From Mobula birostris (Eukaryota), in contig NC_092379.1 in assembly GCF_030028105.1 (NCBI RefSeq), positions 71,126,008 to 71,190,007 of the forward strand: a DNA stretch of 64,000 bases, given 5' to 3'. The notes beneath the pieces were generated by a model, which was not told the origin of the DNA, searched no databases, and worked only from the letters and a program-made list of their open reading frames with translations. Numbering within the stretch: the first letter of the stretch is position 1; the number at the start of each line of letters is the position of its first letter. A program made the translations under genes and the position numbers. Of the stretch, positions 50,122-60,237 are shown piece after piece.

Positions 50122-51479
50122 GTGAGTACTTTGACCCAGCATCTGCGCTTAAAGGAGTTTGAGTTACTGTATACTGAATCTCATCAGACCTGTACAAGGC
50201 CATGTCTAATGATCTGGGAAAAATAGTCTTTATTTCTCTCTGCTTTGGCATCAACCAATGTTGTAGCTGTCCCTCTGATGTCAGTTTTGTGTTGGAAAGA
50301 GACAATGCGCAAGGAAATGGGAGCAAGAGGAGGCCATTCAGCCCCTCAAGACTGCCCATCATTGAGCATGATCATAGCTGTTCTCTGCTGGCCTCAATTC
50401 CTCTTCTGTACCGGTTCCCCATAGCACTCAGTTTCTCTATCTTTCAAATACTTCTCTATCTCCACCTTAAATATACCTGGCAATCAATCTCCCCCAGCCT
50501 TGGGTGCAGAAAATTCTCGAGGTTCAGTATCCTCAGAGATTTCTGTGTACATCAATTTTGAACGTCTGACCCTTATCCTGTAATTATGTCTCTTGTTCAT
50601 CACTCTCACTAATGAAAACTTCCCAACATTTACCCTGTCTGGCCCCCATGGGAGCTTTGATGTTTGAATGATTCTTCTAAACTGCAAGGAATGCAGACCC
50701 AAACTGTTCAGCCTCTCAATAGGACCACTCTTTCACCCCATGAATTAGTCTGGTAAATCTTTGGATTTTAATGCTAGTGGTCTGTTGTATAGGTAAGGAG
50801 ATCAAAGCTATGCCTCACCAACAAAACCTCCCTATTCTTAAACTCCAACCCCTTTGCAATAAAGGCCAGAATGCAGTCTGCTACCTTCACTATGTGTTGG
50901 ATCGACCCGGTAACCTTTGCAGTCATACACACTGACACCGAGGTCCCTCTGAACTTTACCTCTCGGTTAGGTAATGATCCACCTTTCTTTTCTAGTTTAT
51001 GTCCCTAATGTGTAAGCCCTGGATGGTGACTCAGCTTTCAATAACCTCGACATTAAAGGTATTATTTATCATTATATTAAAACCTCTATAATGAGGGTTA
51101 GCTATTCTACTCACTCGCAGTGTGAAGGAGTCATCTTCACGACGTTTGCCACTGGTCTCGTGATTGACACAAATCTCATAGATGAGTAACTAGACTTCCC
51201 ACCAAGATTGTTGCCAGGCTATAGAGACTGTTTCCAGGAACTCCCCCACACCCTGGTAAGATTCTTGGTGTATATCATAATTGTATTCAGTGCTTCAACA
51301 AATTTAAATCAGTGGCTCAGCGTGCTGAAACCTTAAAGGTTCCCGCAGCCCACAGTGTGTGTGGTTGTCAGATATGTAAATCCTACACACACTTGTGAAA
51401 ATAGTATGAGAAAGGCAGGACACCATCCTTTTAGGGATGCCTGACACCTCACATCTCATGTAAATGAGCCTCATTTGAG

Positions 51480-52480
51480 CTCCGCACTCACCCCATCTTC
51501 CCACTGCCTTAACAGTGATAGAGTTCCTCTCATCCTTACTTACCACACATGAACCTCCCCATCCAACACACCATTCTCCGCAACTCCCGCCATCTCCAAA
51601 GGAATCCTACCACTAAACATAGATTTATCCCTCCCTGTCCATGTCGCGCAAAGATTGCTCCGTCTGTGATTCCCTTGTCCATTTGTCCCTCCCGGCGCTT
51701 ATCCCTCCAAGTGCCACACCTACCCATTCACCTTCTCCCTCACCTCCACTCAGGGCCCCGAACAGTTCTTTCAGCTGAGGCAGCACTTCACCTGTGAATC
51801 TGCTGGTGTTGTCTCTTGTGTCCAGTGCTCCCAGTGCAGCCTCCTCTACATTGATGAGACCTGTCATAACTTGGGGGACTGCTTCATCAAGCACCACCTT
51901 TCCATCTGCCAAAAGCAGAACTTCCCGGTGGCGGAATATTTTAATTCCGATTCCCATTCCTGTTCTGACGTGTGGTCATGGCCTCCTCATGTGCCATAAT
52001 GAGGACACCCTCAGGGTGGAGGAGCAACACCTTATATTCACTCTGGGTAGCCAGAAACCTAAATGCATGAATATCAAATTCTCCTTCTGGTAAACATTCT
52101 TTTCCCTCCCCTTCCCCTTTTCTTCTGTTCCCCAGTCTGGCCTTTTACCTTTTCACCTGCTCATTACTTTCCCCTCTGTCTGTTCCTCCTCCCCTTTCTC
52201 CTATGGTCCTCTCTTCTCTGCTAACAGATTCATTCTTCTTCAGCCCTTTACCTTTCCCTCCCACCTGGCTTCACCTATCACCTTCTAGCTAGCCTCCTTC
52301 CCCTCCTCCCACCTTTTTATTCTAGTGTCTTCCCCATCATTTCCAATCCTGAAGAAGGGTCTCGGTCCAAAATGTTGACTGTTTATTCCCCTATTTCAAT
52401 GCTGCTTGGCTTGCTGAGTTCCTCCAGCATTTGTGTGTGTCACTTTGGATTTCCAGCATCAGCAGACTTTCTTGTGTTTA
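51480..52480 (+). mobile_element. Penelope-like element 3' part (GIY-YIG plus pLTR with hammerhead-like motif at 52344-52381)
   Basis: cagcacttcacctgtgaatctg..cagtgctcccagtgcagcctcctctacattgatgagacc (C..C.LLYIxET); LRVEEQHLIFTLGSQKPKCMN; end ctgaagaagggtctcggtccaaaatgttgactg. Confidence 0.85.
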
Positions 52481-52908
52481 CAATGTTGACTCTGTTTCCA
52501 CGGGTGAAACTAGTCCTGCTTGAGCTGTATGGAGTTAAAACCAAGGCTAACAACTTCTCATAAACTTTAAATTTCTTCTGGGGAAGGACGGTGCCAGGAT
52601 ATGACATGGTGTTTTTCAATCCTTATTCAAATTCCTTTCCAAACTTCATCCAACTTCCCTTTAGGATTATATTTGAGCATCAGTGTCAATGTGCAAACCA
52701 TACCCTGTTCCATTAGGGCCCAACGTTAATATTGATCACAGCTTTGCAATGCAAATTTTATTGTCTCAGTTGCCTCTGCTCGCGGTTATTACCATGCTAT
52801 TAAGATTGTTTCTCTGTGGACGGATGCCTCACAGGGCAACTGCCTTTGGGTGAGGAAGGCACACGATGAAATGAGCAGCTGACGAGGTTTCTCTGCCCTC
52901 TTCCACAG

Positions 52909-53042
52909 CGGACGGTCGACATGGCATCGTGCGAGTGGACAAACAGCCCTTGGCTTCCCGGCTGGTTGATTTGCCCTGTATCATTGAGTCACTGAAGACC
53001 ATCGATAAGAAGACTTTCTACAAGACTGCAGATATCTGCCAG
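52909..53042 (+). CDS. TAF7: TAF7 exon 4
   Basis: ccacag|CG; (P)[44 protein letters not shown]|gtatgc; 134 nt; TAFII55_N core. Confidence 0.97.
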
Positions 53043-53728
53043 GTATGCAGATCCTCCTGTTTATTTCATGCTTTCTGAATTTGACAAAATGTTGAGATTG
53101 TGTTGGCCCAAGGCTCTAAGATAAAACTGCTTTCAGCTCTACGCCTGTGAGCTGGGCTTCTTATCCATCTACAGCTTGAATGAGAGAATGTAGTTACATG
53201 ATAAATCCTGTCACTTAAAGCAGAGGTGCATGGAAATCTCTTTTCTTCAAGGATAGTGAATCTCTGGAATTCTCTGCCCCCATGGGTGGTGGGGGCAGGA
53301 TCATTATTGGAGATGGATAAATATTTGAAGGATTGAGGAATGGGGAGGAATGGGAGGTTATGGGGAACTGGCACAGAAGAGGAGATGAAGTCGGTGTTGA
53401 TGCCCCATGATCGTATTGAATGGTGGGGAATGCTTGAGGGACCGAGTGGCCTTCTCATCTTTTCTGGGGATCTTACGCTGAATATTGATTTGAAGTGGTA
53501 GTAATAACTAATCCCAGTAACTGAAGGGCAAAACGTTCCCTGATGGAGTGGTGAGTGCAGAGGGCAGCAGTGAGTAGTGTTCAGGGCTCTTGTGTGGATT
53601 CCATTTGTTGGTCCTTGGGACATGGAGGAAGGATGTGTGTTGAGAGGTCTGAGATGAGAGGAGGGCTGACTGGATTTTGGAACAAAAGGTTCAGTTGCAT
53701 TTTTGGTGTTCTGCCTCCACCATTCCAG

Positions 53729-53849
53729 ATGCTGGTGTGCACCACAGATGGGGAGTTGTACCCTCCACAGGAGGAGCCTGTGCCAGTGGATCCCAAAAAC
53801 AAGAAGAAAGACAAAGACAAGGAGAAGAAGTTCCTGTGGAATCACAGCA
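53729..53849 (+). CDS. TAF7: TAF7 exon 5 (gene continues beyond the window)
   Basis: ttccag|ATG; MLVCTTDGELYPPQEEPVPVDPKNKKKDKDKEKKFLWNHS(I)|gtgagt; 121 nt. Confidence 0.95.
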
Positions 53850-54255
53850 GTGAGTCTCCAAAGTATCACAGACTATAGCAGTAGCAACCGGATGATGAGC
53901 CTTGACATTTCTAGCCCAGGGAGCAAATTCACCCAGACGGTTAAGCTCCTAACTGTTGTGTACTGACTTCCATAAGGATTTTATTGGTATGGACAGGCCT
54001 CAAATAGTCTGATTGTCTATACTTTCCAAGAAGGTACAACTACATTTATTTATTATCAAAGAAAGTATAAATTATACAACCTTGAGATTTGTTTGCTTAC
54101 TGGCGGCCATGAAGCAAGAAACCCGAAAGAACCCAATTAAAAAAAAAGACCAACACCTGATGCACAGAGAAAGGGAAACTAAAACACAAATCATGCAAAT
54201 GATAAAAGCGAGCAACAACGTTCCGAACCAGAATGAGTCCTTGGGTCCGAACCCC

Positions 54256-54541
54256 GAGCAGCCCGGACTGGACCCGAAGCCCCAGTATCAGTCCATCACA
54301 TTAGCACAGCACAGAGCAGCCTGGACTGGACCCGAAGCCCCAGTATCAGTCCATCACATTAGCACAGCACAGAGCAGCCTGGACTGGACCTGAAGCCCCA
54401 GTATCAGTCCATCACATTAGCACAGCACAGAGCAGCCTGGACTGGACCCGAAGCCCCAGTATCAGTCCATCACATTAGCACAGCACAGAGCAGCCTGGAC
54501 TGGACCCGAAGCCCCAGTATCAGTCCATCACATTAGCACAG
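54256..54541. repeat. Minisatellite, 58-bp unit x5
   Basis: gagcagc at 54256, 54314, 54372, 54430, 54488. Confidence 0.95.
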
Positions 54542-55209
54542 CAGCTGGGGGCATTCTCCATAGATTCAAGTGGACCATTTGAAGGAATATAGACTGTTGG
54601 GATGTAGAGAGAGAAGTTGTGAAGAAAATCTGGTTCATGAGCTCCAGATGGTGCAGGTTTGATATTAGAGTTTCTAATTTGTAGTATCCTTTTGGAGACA
54701 GATTACACTCTTTTAAGTTTCTGTCAAAGGGTGAAGAGTTGTATAAAATAGGCTGGTCAAACAGAGCTACAGATGGAAGCTATTAAGTGGATCTATTCTT
54801 TGCAAAAACTGTTACAAGTCTCTTGAGTATATGTAAGTTCCTACAGTTGAACTGTGGCAAGGTCCCAGGGTTAGAATGCAATATTTCTTTCTATTAAACT
54901 TTTTTTGTAGATAACAATTCTGAGAGTAGAAGGAACTTATTCATCCCACAGAGTTTTTGCCAGCTCTCAATACAATTACATCAGAGAGTTATGTAGAACT
55001 CCAGCCCACAGTCTGTGCTGACCATCAGCCTTCCATTCACACTAATTCTACAGTAGCCATCGTTTCGTTTTTATTCTCATATTCCCATCAATATGAGGCG
55101 CTGGAGTTTGGAGTTCAATCCCGATGCCATCTGTAAGGAATAAGAGCTGCATGGAATGTGTGTTTTTTTTTCTGGCTGCTGTGGTTTCCTCCCATGGTCC
55201 AAAAGCATA

Positions 55210-55738
55210 GGTTAATTGGTCACTGTGTATTGTCCTGCCATTCGGCTGTGGTTAATTGGTCACTGTATATTGTCCTGCCATTTGGCTGTGGTTAATTGGT
55301 CACTGTATATTGTCCTGCAATTCGGCTGTGGTTAATTGGTCACTGTGTATTGTCCTGCCATTCGGCTGTGGTTAATTGGTCACTGTGTATTGTCCTGCCA
55401 TTCGGCTGTGGTTAATTGGTCACTGTGTATTGCCCTGCCATTCGGCTGTGGTTAATTGGTCACTGTGTATTGTCCTGCCATTCGGCTGTGGTTAATTGGT
55501 CACTGTGTATTGCCCTGCCATTCGGCTGTGGTTAATTGGTCACTGTGTATTGTCCTGCCATTCGGCTGTGGTTAATTGGTCACTGTGTATTGTCCTGCCA
55601 TTCGGCTGTGGTTAATTGGTCACTGTGTATTGTCCTGCCATTCGGCTGTGGTTAATTGGTCACTGTATATTGTCCTGCCATTCGGCTATGGTTAATTGGT
55701 CACTGTATATTGGCCTGCCATTTGGCTGTGGTTAATTG
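55210..55738. repeat. Minisatellite, 40-bp unit x13 inside a SINE (about 55095-55805)
   Basis: ggttaattggtcactgtgtattgtcctgccattcggctgt, period 40 from 55210 to 55730. Preceded by SINE head ggagttcaatccc..ggtttcctccca and followed by tail gggccggaaggcctattccatgctgtatct. Confidence 0.95.
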
Positions 55739-56359
55739 TGGTTTGTTGGGAGTTGCTTGGCAGTGCAGCTCCAAGGGCCGGAAGGCCTATTCCATGCTGT
55801 ATCTCCAAATAACCCCCCCTCCCCCCCCCCCCCCCCAAGATTCTCATTCTCACCTACACGCTGGGGAGAATTTACAGTGGCCAATTAACATACCAGCTTG
55901 CAGGTTTTTGGGACGTGGGAGAAACCTGCGCACCCAGGGGAAGCCCACGCAGTGACAGGAAAACATGCAATGGATGTAATGGATAATGCTGGAATGAGCT
56001 TCCAGATTGAAACTTTACTAGAGCAAAGAATCAGAGAGTTCAACGTTAACTGTTCAAACCACAAGTGGTCATTAAGGAGAAGAGGCATGAAAGGCTGGGT
56101 TATTGAAGACAATGCTCAGCAGAGAGAGTGCAAGGTAGAACAGAATGAGGAGCTGTGTGGTAGATGGCAAGCTAACAATTCAAGCGAGAGTGAAGGTGAA
56201 TTTTGAAGGATCAGGTGAAAAGTGCGAAATAAAGTTAGACGAGTAAGTAGGAATATACACAATCAAGAATCCAGGAACATTGTATAGGAATATAAGGAAT
56301 AGTGGTGGGAAAATTAGGGCCAAAAGAATATACAAAAATGGAGGACATGGCTGTGAGTA

Positions 56360-57741
56360 CAAGTGGCCCCCGTTTTCCAAACTTTCGCTTTACGACACCT
56401 CGCTGTTACAGAAGACCTACATTAGTTACCTGTTTTCGCTAACAGAAGGTGTTTTCACTGTTTTGAAAAAAGGTAGCGCAGCGCGCCCGACCAGCCAAGC
56501 TCCTCCTCCAGAACTGCATTCTAGCCGGCTTTGCTTAAGCACATGCTTTATCTCGATTAACTTTGTGCATCCGTTAGCAAGATGAGTTCTAAGGTATCAA
56601 AAAAGCGTAAAGAGCTTGTGAGGATGTTACACTTAGCGTAAAACTAGACAGAGTTAAGCATTTTGATCATGGTGAATGAAGTAAGGACATTGTCCGTGCA
56701 TTGAATTTGCCTGCGTCCACCATTCGTACTATTAATACGCAGAGAGGAAGAATTTTGAAAGCTGCCGATGTTACTGTTGGTTCTGCTCGTAGCAAAGTGG
56801 TCTCTTTTAGTCGGCATCCAGTAATGGATAAAATGGAAAGTTCTATTGCTTGAGTGAATTGCTGGGTATACAAAGTGTGGTGTTCTGTTAAGTTTTTTTA
56901 TACTTAAGGAGAAATCAGTCAGTCTTTTTAATAAGCTGAAACAGAAAGCACTGGATGATGGTAATGCAAGTGTTGCGAAAATGGAATTTAAAGGGAGTCA
57001 TGGGTGGTTTGATCGGTTTCTGAGGCGAGGGCAGCTTCATAGTTTAAGCAGTGGTCCCCAACCTCCAGGCAGCGGACTGATACATTGCAGTGAAGCATGC
57101 AGGGGTACAGCGGTAGTCGGAACGCACCCAGCACATCTTTAAGAAAAAAGCCGAAATAAACAAGCTAATTAATTGGGTGCCGCCTGGCACATAAATGTTG
57201 GCCCAGATCAGAGGTGACTGCTGATTGCATCAGGTGGTTATTCGTATAAGCAAGTGTTTAACTGTGACGAAACTACAATTTATTGGAGTCCTTCCGATTC
57301 CGGTAAGTGAAACTACACTCTACAAACATTATTTCTACTTTATATAGGCTGTGTATTTTTATGTGTTATTTGGTATGATTTAGCAGCTTCATAGCTTGGA
57401 GGTTACTGGAGAGAGTGTTTCTGCCGAGAGTGCTTGCGCCGTGTTTCTGCCAAGAGCGCTTCCGAGAGATTTTCGCTGAGCTAGACAGTGCTGCAGAAAA
57501 GTATTTCTACTTTATATAGGCTGTGTATTTATCATATCATTCCTGCTTTTACTATATGTTACTGTTATTTTAGGTTTTATGTGTTATTTTGCATGATTTT
57601 GTAGGTTATGTTTTGGGTCTGGGAACGCTCAAAAATTTTTCCCATATTAATAAACGGTAATTTGCTTAATCACTTTACGATATTCCGGTTTACAAACCGT
57701 TTTATAGGAACGCTCTACCTTCGAATAGTGGGAGAAACCTG
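56360..57741 (+). mobile_element. Tigger (pogo family) DNA transposon, internally deleted, TA-flanked
   Basis: TA|caagtggcccccg...gggagaaacctg|TA termini; HTH remnants TLSVKLD..KDIVRALNLPASTIRTI and FKGSHGWFDRF; hAT-like cagtggtccccaacc segment at about 57050. Confidence 0.8.
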
Positions 57742-57743
57742 TA

Positions 57744-58243
57744 CAGGTGTCCCCACTTTTCGAACGTTCGCTTTACGAAACCTCACTGTTACGAAAGACC
57801 TACATCAGTTACCTGTTTTCGCTAACAGAAGGTGTTTTCACTGTTACGAAAAAAGGCAGCGCGCAAAAAAAGTCAGTGCGTGAAAAAAAGGCAGCGCGCG
57901 CCCCGAGCAGCCGCTTTCCCCTGGATTTGGAACGGCATTCTCGCCAGCATTGCTTAAACACGTGCCTGTGAGCAGCCGTTAGCAAGATGAGTTCTAAGGT
58001 ATCGGAAAAGCCTGAAAGAGCTCGTAAGGGTGTTATACTTAGTGTAAAACTAGATCGCATTTCGATCGTGGTGATCGAAGCAAGGACAAAGTAAGTTTGG
58101 CTTGTGGAAGTTGATGAAGATGATGTTGAAGACGTTTTGGCATCCAAAAAAAGAGCTGATGCAATTGGAAGAGGAAAGGATAACAATCGAAAATGAATGC
58201 AGTAATGAACGGACCGAAAGTGAAGTCATCCAAGAATTGAACG
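57744..58243 (+). mobile_element. Second, shorter copy of the same Tigger family, 3'-truncated
   Basis: Starts caggtgtccccacttttcgaacgttcgctttacg right after the shared TA; repeats the 5' end and start codon region (atgagttctaaggtatc) of the first copy. Confidence 0.8.
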
Positions 58244-59849
58244 TGTATAAGCCAATCCCCCATTTTCAAGGTTAAAAAAGTGACTTTTTCATGTTACCTT
58301 TGTATAAGCCGACTCCTTTTGTAGAAGTTTTTGATTTAACCAGAAAAGATCACAAGATCTCACATGACGGTACTCAGCTTTGACGGATCTGGTTCCTGGA
58401 AATTTTCTGAACCAGTACCTGCTAAGAAAATAGGCCTACATATTATAGAGTGTTATAAGTGAATTCTTAATAAATAAATCAGGGAGGGAAGTTTTGGATT
58501 AGGTTCCCAATGGATCCTCTGAAATGTAACCCCCGTGAAACCATTTAGTGCCCATCGTATTCTCGTTAAAACCTAACACGGGGTGGCGGGATCAGTATGT
58601 GTACACAGTATTGAGTTTGCAACCACCATGTACAAAAGATTAAAACGAATGCGATATGATGCTGGCTTCAAGCCGAAGGTTGTTGATTTTGCTAAAGGAA
58701 CGAATAATTCTGCAGCTGCTAAGAAGTTTTGTGTAAATGAGAAACAAGTGCGAGAGTGGAGAAGGCAGAGGACTCGCTGAGGGAAATGCCAGAGACGAAA
58801 TGTGCAAACCGCAGGAAAACATGTCAGTGGCCAGAAGTGGTAGAAGACGTTTTAGAGTGGGTGAATCGCCAGCGATCGTCTGGATACATTGTTACCAGAG
58901 AAATGATTCGAGTTCAAGTGTTGAAATGGGATGAAAAACACGGCGAGGTCAGCAGAAATTTCAAAGCTACGCGAAGCTGGTGCACCCGATTTGTGAATAG
59001 ACGTGATCTTGTGTTGAGACAAAAAACAAAGATTGCTCAGAAGTTGCCAGACGACCTTGAGAATAAGATTATGGCCTTCCAATCGTTTGTAATCAAACAT
59101 CGAAAGACACATTCTTACCCGCTCTACCTGATTGGTAACATGGACGAGACACCAATTTTCTTTGATTTTGCTGGCAACTGCACTGTCAATCAGAAGGGGG
59201 AGAAAACAGTCCTTGTCAAAACAACTGGACACCAGAAGCAACATTTTACTATCGAGTAAACGTGTATGGCTGATGGGACCAAGCTATCACCGATGGTGAT
59301 TTTTAAGAGGAAAACATTCCCAAAGAAAGAAGAATTCCCGCGGATGTTGTTGTTTCCGTTCAAGAATGCGGCTGGATGGACGAAGTGGGTTGCTTGAAGT
59401 GGGTTAAAGAGGTGTGGCATCGACGTCCGGAAGGTTTCAGGAAGGAAAAGTCGCTACTTGTCTGGGACATGTTCAAAGCACACTTGTCAGGTGAGACAAA
59501 AGCAGCATTGAAAGCTGAAAATACGGACATAGCAGTCATGATATGGTGACTGCCGAAGAAGGGGGACATGATTTTCGGAGAGTCAGATAATGAAGAGTAT
59601 GAGAGTTTCAAACTCTGAACGTTTGACGACAACAGTGTGTACAAGTAAATTAAGAAACAGAATGTGTTTTGTAGACCTTTTGTGTAGATTTCATAAATGT
59701 TTGTATTTTCTTTTGTATTCGACTCAAAAACAGCCAATATAAATACGACCACAAACACGAGGAAATCTGCAGATGCTGGAATTTCAAGCAACACACATAA
59801 AAAATGCTGGTGAACGCAGCAGGCCAGGCAGCATCTCTAGGAAGAGGTA

Positions 59850-59887
59850 CAGTCGATGTTTCAGGCCGGGACCCTTCGTCAGGATTA
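59850..59887 (-). ncRNA. Minimal type I hammerhead ribozyme motif in Penelope pLTR
   Basis: Reverse strand taatc CTGACGA a gggtcccggcct GAAAC atc gactg. Confidence 0.6.
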
Positions 59888-60081
59888 ATTGAAAGAAGAG
59901 ATAGTAAGAGATTTGAAAGGGGTAGGGGGAGATCTGAAATGATAGGAGAAGACAGGAGGGGGAGGGATGGAGCTAAGAGCTGGAAAGGTGATTGGCAAAA
60001 GGGATATGAGAGGATCATGGGACGGGAGGCCCAGGGAGAAGGAAAGGGGGAGGGGGGAAGCCCAGAGGATGGGCAAGGGGT

Positions 60082-60237
60082 NNNNNNNNNNNNNNNNNNN
60101 NNNNNNNNNNNNNNNNNNNNNNNNNNNNNNNNNNNNNNNNNNNNNNNNNNNNNNNNNNNNNNNNNNNNNNNNNNNNNNNNNNNNNNNNNNNNNNNNNNNN
60201 NNNNNNNNNNNNNNNNNNNNNNNNNNNNNNNNNNNNN
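60082..60237. other. Assembly gap (156 N)
   Basis: Run of N. Confidence 1.

Noticed and set aside
53066-53869. 267-aa minus-strand ORF
   Set aside because: Antisense to TAF7 exon 5 plus a CR1 3' relic; no recognisable domain.
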